NCBI GenBank assembly: GCA_902525035.1 | Contig: CABZFN010000006.1 | Location: 6,538 to 70,537, forward strand | DNA: 64,000 bases | Source of the DNA: an uncultured Alphaproteobacteria bacterium | GTDB lineage: Bacteria > Pseudomonadota > Alphaproteobacteria > HIMB59 > GCA-002718135 | Direction of reading: 5' to 3' | Part shown: positions 10,534 to 19,479 of the stretch, one piece after another | Layout: each line of letters opens with the position of its first letter | Numbering within the stretch: position 1 is the first letter of the stretch | Program-made: the position numbers and the translations under genes | The notes under the pieces: model-generated | What the model saw: the letters and a program-made list of their open reading frames with translations, nothing else | What the model was told of the DNA's origin: nothing | Database searches by the model: none

Positions 10534-10560
10534 AAACGTTTAAAATAGAAATTTATTTCA
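10534..10560 (-). promoter_or_regulatory. Putative ECF promoter P3
   Basis: Minus strand TGAAATA-aatttctattttaaa-CGTTT (N15). Confidence 0.65.
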
Positions 10561-10577
10561 AAATAATTTATATTTTT

Positions 10578-10604
10578 TGAAATAAATAATAATCCTGGCC
10601 GTTT
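10578..10604 (+). promoter_or_regulatory. Putative autoregulatory ECF promoter P4
   Basis: TGAAATA-aataataatcctggc-CGTTT (N15) directly before the sigma gene. Confidence 0.6.
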
Positions 10605-10606
10605 TC

Positions 10607-11275
10607 ATGAGTAACAATGTATCAAATTATAAAAATATGATTGCTAATATTTATAAAACAAACCTTAAATATTACGCTTTTGCTCATTATCCTCGTGATG
10701 CAGAAGAATTATTAGGACAAACAGTTGAGTATTTTTTAGATAGTTATGATGTTTTTGGAAAATCTAATTATCAACAATTAGAAGCTAATATGATCATGAA
10801 GATTAAAAATTTGCGGATTGATTTAGTAAGAACTTTAAATTCTAAGTCATTAATTGCTGAAATAATTGATCCTGGAGATCTAAAGCAAATTGGAAAAAAT
10901 ATTGAAAAAGGTGCAAAATTATCAACTAATGAAATTAATGAATTAAACGCACAATTAGAAGATAAAAATCTTAAAAAAATTATTTACCGAGGTGTATCTC
11001 AGAATATTTCTGGAAGTGATGATTTTGGGCAGTCAGAAATTGATAAATCTAAACAACTTATAGATGAGGATCCTTTAAAGAGTATTAAGCTAAAACAAGC
11101 CTATGATATGGTTGATCAACTTGGCAAAAAATGCAGTGATCTTATAAGAGCACAAGTAACAAAAGAATTAAAATACAAACAAATAGCAAAAGAATTTAAC
11201 ATGAAAATGGGTACTGTAATGACTAATTTAAGTCGCTGTTGGAAAAAATTAGAAGAATTAAACAATGCAAAATAA
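10607..11275 (+). CDS. ECF-family RNA polymerase sigma factor with a long sigma2-sigma4 insertion (true start may be ATG 10637)
   Basis: Sigma2 DAEELLGQT...KNLRIDLVR; sigma4 LKYKQIAKEFNMKMGTVMTNLSRCWKKL; overlaps the anti-sigma gene. Confidence 0.85.
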   Translation: MSNNVSNYKNMIANIYKTNLKYYAFAHYPRDAEELLGQTVEYFLDSYDVFGKSNYQQLEANMIMKIKNLRIDLVRTLNSKSLIAEIIDPGDLKQIGKNIEKGAKLSTNEINELNAQLEDKNLKKIIYRGVSQNISGSDDFGQSEIDKSKQLIDEDPLKSIKLKQAYDMVDQLGKKCSDLIRAQVTKELKYKQIAKEFNMKMGTVMTNLSRCWKKLEELNNAK

Positions 11276-11975
11276 AGATATTGAAATTTTATTCCAAGGC
11301 TATTTAGATAATGAGCTTGATCAAGAAGATATAATAAAAGTTGAGGAATATTTAAATGAAAATGAGGAAGCTAAAAAGGTCTTTGAAGATTTAAAGAAAA
11401 ATCAAGAATTTTTTAAAAAAACTTTTGATGAGTTTAAAAATCTACCAGTTGATCAATATATTTATTCGTTAATAGATAATTACCCTATCAAAGAAGTTAC
11501 TAAACCAAGTGTAAGTATTTTTAAAAATATATTATCCAAGTTCTCATTTGTGAATTTTGCTGGCGGTGCTGCGATTGCAAGTGTACTTGGTTTTTTTGCA
11601 TTTAATATGCAAATTAATTCAGTTCAATATTACACAATGGCTAATAACGAAATAGACACTATAGCACTTAATCAAACGGTCAAAAAAGACATCGAAAGAG
11701 TGTTAAATCAAAATAATCAAAGTGTATCTGGAAAAATTGAAGAATTAGAAAATATTCTAAATACTGATAATTTCAAAAATATTATTCGAAAAAATATGCT
11801 AAAAAAATCAGATAAACTCTCGAATAAAGACAGTATTAATCTCAGTGCATTAAATTTTACTGTTAATCAACTTGATGACAATAATAATTGCATATTAATT
11901 GAAGTTACTGATAAAAATAATTCAATTTTAAAAACTTTTTGTAATTTAGAAAATGAATGGGAACTTATAGATTGA
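11265..11975 (+). CDS. Membrane-anchored anti-sigma factor
   Basis: N-terminal YLDNELD..D..KVEEYL anti-sigma domain lacking the HxxxCxxC zinc ligands; one TM (FAGGAAIASVLGFFAF); C-terminal domain with two Cys. Confidence 0.8.
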   Translation: MQNKDIEILFQGYLDNELDQEDIIKVEEYLNENEEAKKVFEDLKKNQEFFKKTFDEFKNLPVDQYIYSLIDNYPIKEVTKPSVSIFKNILSKFSFVNFAGGAAIASVLGFFAFNMQINSVQYYTMANNEIDTIALNQTVKKDIERVLNQNNQSVSGKIEELENILNTDNFKNIIRKNMLKKSDKLSNKDSINLSALNFTVNQLDDNNNCILIEVTDKNNSILKTFCNLENEWELID

Positions 11976-12028
11976 TTTTTTAAATTAAATCTAATTACTC
12001 TTATTGACTCCATAAATTCCCATATGTT

Positions 12029-12508
12029 TTACAGTGCTTTCCAGTCTTTAAATTCCTCTGGCTTTTCTTGTTTATCTTTGTAATTTATTTCTCCTTCGAT
12101 TTTACCACCATCATCTATCTTAATAGATCCATAGTAAATTTTCCCATTTATATTTCCTGAAGATTTAACTCCTAAAATCTCTTTTGCATTTACTTCTCCC
12201 TCTATGTAGCCTTCCACAGACATTGTTTTAGCTTTTACATTTCCAAGTATTTTTCCAGAATGATGGACATTAATTTTAATACATTCAATATCTCCTTCTA
12301 CTACACCTTGAATATTAACTTCATTTTCGGCTTTTATGTTACCTTTAATCGTAACACCCTCACCTATCATTAGTGTACTATTAGTAATTTTATCAAGTTC
12401 CTTTGAAAATTCACTTTTTTCATTTTTGTGTTCACCAATACTTATTGGCTCATAAAGTTTAGCTTCAATTTTTTCTTTGTAATTATTTTTATTCATTAGT
12501 AATGGCAT
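12029..12508 (-). CDS. Bactofilin (polymer-forming cytoskeletal protein, CcmA family)
   Basis: IGEGVTIKGNI...IQGVVEGDI...G.I.G beta-helix repeats. Confidence 0.9.
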   Translation of the reverse strand: MPLLMNKNNYKEKIEAKLYEPISIGEHKNEKSEFSKELDKITNSTLMIGEGVTIKGNIKAENEVNIQGVVEGDIECIKINVHHSGKILGNVKAKTMSVEGYIEGEVNAKEILGVKSSGNINGKIYYGSIKIDDGGKIEGEINYKDKQEKPEEFKDWKAL

Positions 12509-12588
12509 ATTGTTCCTTTGTTAGTTTGAAAACTATTATGAAATACAAAAGAGAATATAATTCGTCAGAAGTATGTTGATTTTGTGAT

Positions 12589-13158
12589 TTATATTTTTTG
12601 CGCTGAAACAATGTATCGATACGGAGTACCTGATTGAATGGCATCAAAGGGATAACATGTAACTAATAAAAGAATATTTTTTTTATTCGTCATGGAAAAA
12701 TTATTATTCTTTACATCAAGTATATAAAAATTATTTACGGTATATGAATGCCATTCATCTTTAATATCTTGTAGTCTAATAATGTCTCCAACCATTAAAT
12801 TTTTTAAAAAAGATCCATGACTATCTCTGTGCATAGAAATTATGGTAGTTTTTCCCTCATATGGAAGGAAACTTTCCTGATGAAAACCTGGGGCAAAAGA
12901 TAGTGCCTGACTAGAGGTTTTATTAAGAATAATATGTTCTGCATTCAGTTTGGGTACCTCTAATTTAAAAATTGGATAACTATCCATTTTTGACCAGGGT
13001 TTTATATTATTTTTTGTAATTAAAGATTTTTCCCATGCCTGTTTTAGAAATATTTGTGCTAGGTGAGATTTTATTTCTATTTTTAAGCCTTGATAAAGAA
13101 AATATCCTCCTCCTACTAGGAGGACAAATAGGAGAAGAATATTAATTTTTCTTTTCAA
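12589..13158 (-). CDS. Marine proteobacterial (class GN) sortase
   Basis: N-terminal TM, LAQIFLKQAW, KPWSKMD, HRDSH, LVTCYPF. Confidence 0.9.
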   Translation of the reverse strand: MKRKINILLLFVLLVGGGYFLYQGLKIEIKSHLAQIFLKQAWEKSLITKNNIKPWSKMDSYPIFKLEVPKLNAEHIILNKTSSQALSFAPGFHQESFLPYEGKTTIISMHRDSHGSFLKNLMVGDIIRLQDIKDEWHSYTVNNFYILDVKNNNFSMTNKKNILLLVTCYPFDAIQSGTPYRYIVSAQKI

Positions 13159-15246
13159 TCAAATAATTCTTTTAGAATGAAAAAGAAAAAACGAACTAAC
13201 AAACAATATAAAAGCTATTATGAAATAAAGTTTTTTGTTTGTATCAGTTTGAACAAAATGAATTTTTAAATCAGGAATTTCATCTAAATTAACTTCATTT
13301 AGATCATTTAAATACATTTGTTTCTGAGAATACTTACCTGGTATTAGCACATTGGGATCAATCCAACCTTCAGGTAAGTTTTGAGGTAATTGAAAAGAAT
13401 TTAAAGTTTCATCACTAGATCTCGAAATTTGATCGTCTACCGCAACTAAGGATGTAAAATTAGTAACTAAATTATTTTCCAGTGCTAGTTTAACTATTCT
13501 TCTTTTATAGGTTTCCACATCAAGGGCACCAATTGCATTAAGAAACATAATTCTATCAATTTTTTCCCTGGCCCAAAGTTTATTGATTTTACTACCTTCA
13601 TTTATGTCACCTTTTTTGATTTCATATAACCATTTATCTCCAGTTGATGTATTGCCGGCCAGTTTTATTGGGTAAATAAGTTCTTCTTTTTTAGTATTGC
13701 CAACTTTCATATAAAAACTAATTGGATCACCGGCAATAATGTCTGGTAATTTTACTGGAAGAAGTTCATGATCATTCTCCATAAAAACGCGTAAATTTTT
13801 AATTACAGGATGATTAATTTTAAATAATAATTCGTTTGTTTTTTCCTCAAAAGTGAAGGAATCAACATAAATAAAAGATCCACGACCACTTTTTGATAAA
13901 CCTTTTACAAGATAAGAATTAGGTGAATTGCCAATGCCTACAACGTGAAATCTTTTATTACCAATATGTTCATTAACAAGAGCTATAGCTTGAGTTTCAT
14001 ATGCAATGACTCCATCTGTCATTAATATTATTTGATGATTATTCGGTAAAGGAGTTTTTTCAAAAATAGCCTCGTATATAGGTGCTAGCATTTCTGTGCC
14101 ATTATCAGCATTAAAATTCTTCACAAATTCTAATGCAATTTGTTTGTTTAATACTGAGGCTATTTTAGGTTTAGAAAATAACTTATAGTGCTTATCATCA
14201 AAGGCGATAATATTAATATAATGATGCTCTGGAAATTGATTAATGAAATCAATCAATAATGATTGCATTTGCTCTAATGAATCACCACTCATACTTCCTG
14301 AAACATCAGCAATAATCGTAATAGCCGATTGTTTATTTAATTTTAAATCTGATTTTTTAATTTGTGGGTTTATCAAGCCATAAATATAAAGATCTCCATT
14401 AAATTCTTCATAATAAGCCTGAATATATGGTTCGGGACTGACAATTGGCTTGAAAGTTAAAATAAAATCTTTTGTCGATGGCATTGATTCATCTGCAAGA
14501 TTAATTTCATAATGTTTGTTTGATAATTTATTAATAAATAAGTCTTCATTACTGCTTGGTACAGAAATATCAAAACCAACGTTAAGATTGATTGAAATAT
14601 TATAGGGATTTACTGTGTAGTCAGTACTCTCGTTAATAGGTGAGTGTATTTCAGGATTTAATTTTAATATTTTGCTTTCGTTAATTATCTTATTATTGGA
14701 ATTTTTTTCATATCGATGTGAAATTACTGTTGGAAGTCTCAAGCTATATTCATTATTTTGAAAAGATAGAGTATCTTGATAACTAATTTCAATAATAATC
14801 ATTTCTCCTGGTTCAATATTAGCAATTTTTGTTTTAAAAATATTTGCTCTACTAGAACTCACTAATGACGTTTTTTTTCCATCATTCTTAGCTTTTTGAT
14901 AAGTTTCTTCTGCCTCCTCCTTTATTTGAATAATTCCATTAATATATCGATCACCAACTTTCATTTTTAATTGATCAACAGCTGATTTTTCAGGGAGTGG
15001 AAATAAATATACTGCCTCTGTATGCTCTTTCGTTGGATTAATAAAATATTGACGCACCAAAGTCGTACTAATTAACCCCTGAACATTAACAATAATATCA
15101 GTTTTTAATGTTGGAGCTTCGAATATTTGATTACCCTCTTTTAGTTCATGTTCTTGAATAAAAAAAAGACCGTAGGGTTGATTGATATTAGCTAGGGATG
15201 GATATGAGAAGAAGAAAAATAGTAAGAATAAATAAAAATATTTCAT
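13159..15246 (-). CDS. VIT-vWA domain marine proteobacterial sortase target protein
   Basis: Signal peptide; VIT (EAVYLFPLP); vWA MIDAS DVSGSM and TDG; LWAREKI; TSLVAVD; C-terminal FVQTDT + TM + basic tail. Confidence 0.9.
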   Translation of the reverse strand: MKYFYLFLLFFFFSYPSLANINQPYGLFFIQEHELKEGNQIFEAPTLKTDIIVNVQGLISTTLVRQYFINPTKEHTEAVYLFPLPEKSAVDQLKMKVGDRYINGIIQIKEEAEETYQKAKNDGKKTSLVSSSRANIFKTKIANIEPGEMIIIEISYQDTLSFQNNEYSLRLPTVISHRYEKNSNNKIINESKILKLNPEIHSPINESTDYTVNPYNISINLNVGFDISVPSSNEDLFINKLSNKHYEINLADESMPSTKDFILTFKPIVSPEPYIQAYYEEFNGDLYIYGLINPQIKKSDLKLNKQSAITIIADVSGSMSGDSLEQMQSLLIDFINQFPEHHYINIIAFDDKHYKLFSKPKIASVLNKQIALEFVKNFNADNGTEMLAPIYEAIFEKTPLPNNHQIILMTDGVIAYETQAIALVNEHIGNKRFHVVGIGNSPNSYLVKGLSKSGRGSFIYVDSFTFEEKTNELLFKINHPVIKNLRVFMENDHELLPVKLPDIIAGDPISFYMKVGNTKKEELIYPIKLAGNTSTGDKWLYEIKKGDINEGSKINKLWAREKIDRIMFLNAIGALDVETYKRRIVKLALENNLVTNFTSLVAVDDQISRSSDETLNSFQLPQNLPEGWIDPNVLIPGKYSQKQMYLNDLNEVNLDEIPDLKIHFVQTDTNKKLYFIIAFILFVSSFFLFHSKRII

Positions 15247-15326
15247 TCTTATTTATTGAATGCAAATTGTGATTAAATCAGGACCAAATTATGATATTTT
15301 TTTGTAATCTTAAAAATTTAATTAAT

Positions 15327-15353
15327 TGAAATAAATTCATCTGTGTTACGTTT
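15327..15353 (+). promoter_or_regulatory. Putative ECF promoter P5
   Basis: TGAAATA-aattcatctgtgtta-CGTTT (N15). Confidence 0.65.
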
Positions 15354-15389
15354 ATTTATTAGAAATATTAAAATATGAAGGAAAAATAA

Positions 15390-15596
15390 ATGAAAGATGT
15401 ATGGCTGATTATTGGTATTGCAGTTATAATAAAATTTAGTGCTTTATCTATAAGTAATTATCAAAAAAAATTTTATGCAAATTATCAATTAGAATTTGAT
15501 AAAGATATTATTAAACCTGATTGGAATAAAAATTTGGAAAAATATAGAAATAAATTTAAGAAAAATAAATACATTACTAAGAATGGAAGTAGCTAA
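15390..15596 (+). CDS. Small membrane-anchored hypothetical protein
   Basis: GAAGGA RBS, hydrophobic N-terminus, downstream of P5. Confidence 0.6.
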   Translation: MKDVWLIIGIAVIIKFSALSISNYQKKFYANYQLEFDKDIIKPDWNKNLEKYRNKFKKNKYITKNGSS

Positions 15597-16296
15597 TATT
15601 ATTATTCGATATCTTTGCAAAACTAAGAATGCCTGTGTAAAAAACACCAGTATCTAAGCAAATTCTATTATTTTTTTTAATGATCTTTTTGGACGGCGTA
15701 TGTCCATGTACAATTATCTTTTCAAAAGGTTTATCAGAATTTAAAAAAGACCTATCTCTTGTCCAAAGCATAGTCTGTTTTTTTTGTTTATTTAATGGAA
15801 TATCTGGATCAATGCCTGCATGAACAAAATAATAATCACCCCATTGATAATTTAATTTTAATTTATAAAAGAAATTTCTATGTTCTTGAGGGAGAAAATT
15901 TATAAATTTCTCATAAATTTTCTTATCAAATGATAATTCCAGATTATCATCTATGTAATTTTCCATTTTTTGACCATAACTTTGCAATGTTTCTAAACCT
16001 CCATTGCTTATCCAAAGGTATAAACTACCATTTTTTCCAGATATAAAATCAAGAAGCATTTGCTCATGATTGCCAAGCAAATAGACAACATCAAAATTAG
16101 CAGGTTTGAAATTAATAAGAGAATTTATACAATCTTTTGAATCAATTCCCCTATCTATATAATCACCTAGATATATTAATAGTTTTTTTCCTGGAGTTTT
16201 ATTTGAGTCTTCCTGAATTTTGTTTTGAATATCAAGTAATTGTTTAAGGTGGCCATGTATATCACCCACAACATAAGCAATATCATAATCATTCAT
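15577..16296 (-). CDS. Calcineurin-like metallophosphoesterase (PPP/PphA-type Ser/Thr phosphatase family)
   Basis: GDIHG, GDYIDRG, GNHE, HAG, HGHTP, LDTG. Confidence 0.92.
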   Translation of the reverse strand: MNDYDIAYVVGDIHGHLKQLLDIQNKIQEDSNKTPGKKLLIYLGDYIDRGIDSKDCINSLINFKPANFDVVYLLGNHEQMLLDFISGKNGSLYLWISNGGLETLQSYGQKMENYIDDNLELSFDKKIYEKFINFLPQEHRNFFYKLKLNYQWGDYYFVHAGIDPDIPLNKQKKQTMLWTRDRSFLNSDKPFEKIIVHGHTPSKKIIKKNNRICLDTGVFYTGILSFAKISNNNISYFHS

Positions 16297-16297
16297 T

Positions 16298-16510
16298 TTA
16301 CCAGCTTATATTACAGTCATGGCATAAAAATTGTTCCCTGCGAATTACACAGCCTCCAAGAACAAAATTTAGTTCTTTTCTATCTTTAATCGCATTTAAT
16401 TCTTCTACAGTTTCATCTGTTGGAAGGCCATAAACAATCATAGCTACTCTCTTACCATTACATTTTGGACAAATTTCACCATGTGCATATTCATCATTTA
16501 ATTTTCCCAT
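16298..16510 (-). CDS. Small zinc-ribbon protein
   Basis: CPKC...IVYGLP...LGGC...CHDC..W. Confidence 0.75.
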   Translation of the reverse strand: MGKLNDEYAHGEICPKCNGKRVAMIVYGLPTDETVEELNAIKDRKELNFVLGGCVIRREQFLCHDCNISW

Positions 16511-16512
16511 TA

Positions 16513-16740
16513 TTAATATTCTTCAAGATCCTCTATTTCAAAATCCAGGTCATGATCTGAGATTCGATATTTATAATGAGCTTCTGGATGTTTTAACCAT
16601 GTTTCAAGAGGTGTATTTTCAGCAGCACTAATCGCATTTTCACCTGCCTGAATTTCATCTGGTGCATCAATTTCAAATACTTCTTCTATTTCGTAGGTTT
16701 CAGTAACAATAGCCTTTACTGTACATTTAAATTTATTCAT
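16513..16740 (-). CDS. Small acidic hypothetical protein
   Basis: 75 aa, very Glu/Asp-rich, 2-nt gaps to both neighbours. Confidence 0.65.
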   Translation of the reverse strand: MNKFKCTVKAIVTETYEIEEVFEIDAPDEIQAGENAISAAENTPLETWLKHPEAHYKYRISDHDLDFEIEDLEEY

Positions 16741-16742
16741 TT

Positions 16743-17039
16743 TTATACCTGTGAATGTTTAAATTCTAAAAAATCAATTAATCTATTAAATCCAGAGCTA
16801 TACATACGATTTCCACGATTATTTAAATCTTTGTATTCTTTAATTGAAAAATATTTTTTTCTTAAACTTATGAGTTCAGATATTTCATTAATATCTAAAA
16901 TTGAGAGTTTTATCACCCCTCTTTTTATTAAGTCATTTGAAATTTTATTTACCACTCTTGAATATTTTTCAATAGATGACTCTGATAATCTTCTATAATT
17001 TTCCATCCATTGTCTAAATTCTGTTTCTTTATTTTTCAT
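16743..17039 (-). CDS. Small helical hypothetical protein, possibly DNA-binding
   Basis: F..WM...LSESSIEKY...RGNRMYSSGFN pattern, recalled from N-termini of some HNH/McrB-type nucleases; AGGGAA RBS. Confidence 0.6.
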   Translation of the reverse strand: MKNKETEFRQWMENYRRLSESSIEKYSRVVNKISNDLIKRGVIKLSILDINEISELISLRKKYFSIKEYKDLNNRGNRMYSSGFNRLIDFLEFKHSQV

Positions 17040-17068
17040 TTTTTTCCCTATTTGTTATTTAGAAAAGT

Positions 17069-17095
17069 AAACGGGTGATATTTGGTTTTATTTCA
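17069..17095 (-). promoter_or_regulatory. Putative ECF promoter P6
   Basis: Minus strand TGAAATA-aaaccaaatatcacc-CGTTT (N15). Confidence 0.65.
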
Positions 17096-17405
17096 TCTTC
17101 AGATTTAAAATAATTTTAAAAAAAATAATTGGAAACAAGGTAAGGATGCCCAAAAAACCTACTATTTGTAATAATATTTCCCAATCTCTTGGCTCCCCCA
17201 TAAAAAAGGCAATACATTGATCCTGAAGAGTTCCGTATTTAGAAGCATAGACATCCTCATTACTAATATTTGTGCAATTTGTTATAGCGTCATCTATTTT
17301 AGGTTGTTTAATTATATTAAGATAAAAAGAAGGTATCGATAATAATATAATACCAATAAAAAAAGGTAAAAAGTATAAGTAAAAAGATTGGGTATTGTTG
17401 TGCAT
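17088..17405 (-). CDS. Two-TM membrane protein
   Basis: Two hydrophobic segments around a loop with two Cys. Confidence 0.6.
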   Translation of the reverse strand: MHNNTQSFYLYFLPFFIGIILLSIPSFYLNIIKQPKIDDAITNCTNISNEDVYASKYGTLQDQCIAFFMGEPRDWEILLQIVGFLGILTLFPIIFFKIILNLKMK

Positions 17406-17504
17406 TCTTGATCTAATAAATTAATTATCAGTCAATAATTTGTTAAAAATAAGGTAAAAAATTGGAGATAAAAAATAAAAATTTTATAAATTTAAATTAA
17501 AATA

Positions 17505-18734
17505 TTAAGTTAATTCCTCACATTCATCTATTTCGTTGTCAAGATTGGCGTCGTAACAAACGGCATCAAAATTACCATCTTCATCATCGTCATAATAATA
17601 TCTTGCTATCTCGTCTCCATCATTATTAAAATAAAAGTCTAATCTTACGTTTGGAGTACCACTTTCATTAGTATCCATTAACATTATATCAATTTCTCCA
17701 TCTTCATCTTCATCATATGCATAGGTTTCAGCTATATTATTGCAATCAGTATCGTAATAAAATAGATCCAAAATACCATTATCATTGAAATCTTCTTCTT
17801 GAATTGGAACATCAAAATCACATTGATCTAAATTATTATTTCTTTTCTTAGTAATCCATGAGCTTTCACTTTTAGTAATCCATTCACTTTTATTTTCATC
17901 TTTATCTTTACTTAAAGTTTGATCCATATCTAAAAAATCTTGTATTTCTATTGATGCTACTGCAAAAGCTATACCTTCAGTTTCTGTATGAACAAAAGAA
18001 TTAATTCCAATAACAAACCCTTCATCACTAATTAAAGGTCCTCCTGAATTACCAGGATTAATTGGAGTTTGAGTCTGAATTAATGTTGCTTGAAGACAAT
18101 TATATGCATCATAACACCACTCATAATTTTTTCTTATTTGGCTTGTAACACCTTGAGTGTAAGTACAATTGTAACCTTCAGGATGACCTATGGCATGTAC
18201 ACTCATTCCTATTTGAACTTTATCACTATAGTCAAGTTTTGCAGGAGTAAAATTCTTTATAACATTGGTAGACCTTAATTTTAATAAAGCTAAATCTCTT
18301 TTTGGATCAATTTTTACAACATCAGCCTCATATACAGTTTGGTCGTTAATATCTTCTCCATTAACAGGACAGAATTTTAAACTCACTGATCTAACAAATT
18401 CATTCGGTTTAGTATTATCAATTTGTATATTATGATAATTGGTAACTATATGACCTTCCCTATCAACCACAAACCCCGATCCAGTAGCTGATCTAGTTTG
18501 AACTAAAACTGTCACAGGGGCTATTTTTTTATAAATTTGTGTTCCTATGGAACTTCTATTATTATCATCTAAAATTTGAATAAACTTGGTTTCTTTATTC
18601 AGGGATTTTATATCATCAACATTAATTTTTTTAACTTCATCAACCTGAGGAATATATTTCACTTCATTAGCAAAATTAAAATTATTTAAAGTAATGATTA
18701 AAAAAAATATGATGAAATAATAAATTGTTTTCAT
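17505..18734 (-). CDS. Secreted trypsin-like (S1C) serine protease with acidic DxDxDG repeats
   Basis: Signal peptide; GSGF, TNYH, DLALL, INPGNSGGPL; C-terminal DFNDNG/DEDEDG/DTNESG/DDDEDG repeats. Confidence 0.9.
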   Translation of the reverse strand: MKTIYYFIIFFLIITLNNFNFANEVKYIPQVDEVKKINVDDIKSLNKETKFIQILDDNNRSSIGTQIYKKIAPVTVLVQTRSATGSGFVVDREGHIVTNYHNIQIDNTKPNEFVRSVSLKFCPVNGEDINDQTVYEADVVKIDPKRDLALLKLRSTNVIKNFTPAKLDYSDKVQIGMSVHAIGHPEGYNCTYTQGVTSQIRKNYEWCYDAYNCLQATLIQTQTPINPGNSGGPLISDEGFVIGINSFVHTETEGIAFAVASIEIQDFLDMDQTLSKDKDENKSEWITKSESSWITKKRNNNLDQCDFDVPIQEEDFNDNGILDLFYYDTDCNNIAETYAYDEDEDGEIDIMLMDTNESGTPNVRLDFYFNNDGDEIARYYYDDDEDGNFDAVCYDANLDNEIDECEELT

Positions 18735-18827
18735 TAATTAAAAGTATTATTAAATATTTAAACATTCAATGATATTATTAATTGAATAACATTTTTATCT
18801 TAATAAAATTGAAAAAATGATTAAAAT

Positions 18828-19406
18828 TTAAAATCCCATTAATCTTAAGGCATTATCAGTTACAAGTTCAATTCTTAGACTATCATACCAACCATATTTT
18901 TTTTCTGTTTTTGAATTCCAGTCAGTACAAAAAACCCTTATCAAGTCACCATTTTCATATTCTTTTGTTTTTATAAAATAATTTCCCTCATCATTAGAAA
19001 ATGATCTATCCTCAAAAACTATATTTAATTCAATTTGTAATTCATTAACAATTTCCTCTTTTTTTATCTTACAAGAATCAATATTTTTATTTTTTGTATC
19101 GTAAAAAATCGCGCCAGCTATCTGAATTATTTTGTAATCATTATCATTTTTTAAAAAAGCCATCTGAATAGTATCGTAGCCAGTATTAGATTTAAAATCA
19201 AATTCAGGCACATTAAAATGAAGAACATCTGTGCCATAATAGTCATCGGAATTATTTAGTATGTAATCTTTTTTATAGGAATTTAATAAACTATCCCCTA
19301 AGCTAAGCCCCTCTATTTCAAAATTAGAAATATCTTCTCCAAAAACATTAGTAGATATAATTAGTGCAAATAGGACTAAAAATTTTTTCATATAAATATC
19401 AAACAT
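18828..19406 (-). CDS. Secreted paralog-family protein, copy 4
   Basis: Signal peptide + DISNFEIEGLSLGDSLL...C..KK..I...C.DW. Confidence 0.8.
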   Translation of the reverse strand: MFDIYMKKFLVLFALIISTNVFGEDISNFEIEGLSLGDSLLNSYKKDYILNNSDDYYGTDVLHFNVPEFDFKSNTGYDTIQMAFLKNDNDYKIIQIAGAIFYDTKNKNIDSCKIKKEEIVNELQIELNIVFEDRSFSNDEGNYFIKTKEYENGDLIRVFCTDWNSKTEKKYGWYDSLRIELVTDNALRLMGF

Positions 19407-19479
19407 TAATAAATAAATTTGTTATCATTTGAAATAAATTTAATATTTAATTTAAATTTAATCAATTGTATTGTTTACA

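Noticed and set aside
12539-12566. TGAAATA...CGTC near-match to the ECF motif
   Set aside because: Spacer is 17 nt rather than 15, and it points antisense into the sortase gene.
19430-19456. TGAAATAAAT half-site (another at 43825)
   Set aside because: No CGT element at the required distance; expected by chance in AT-rich DNA.
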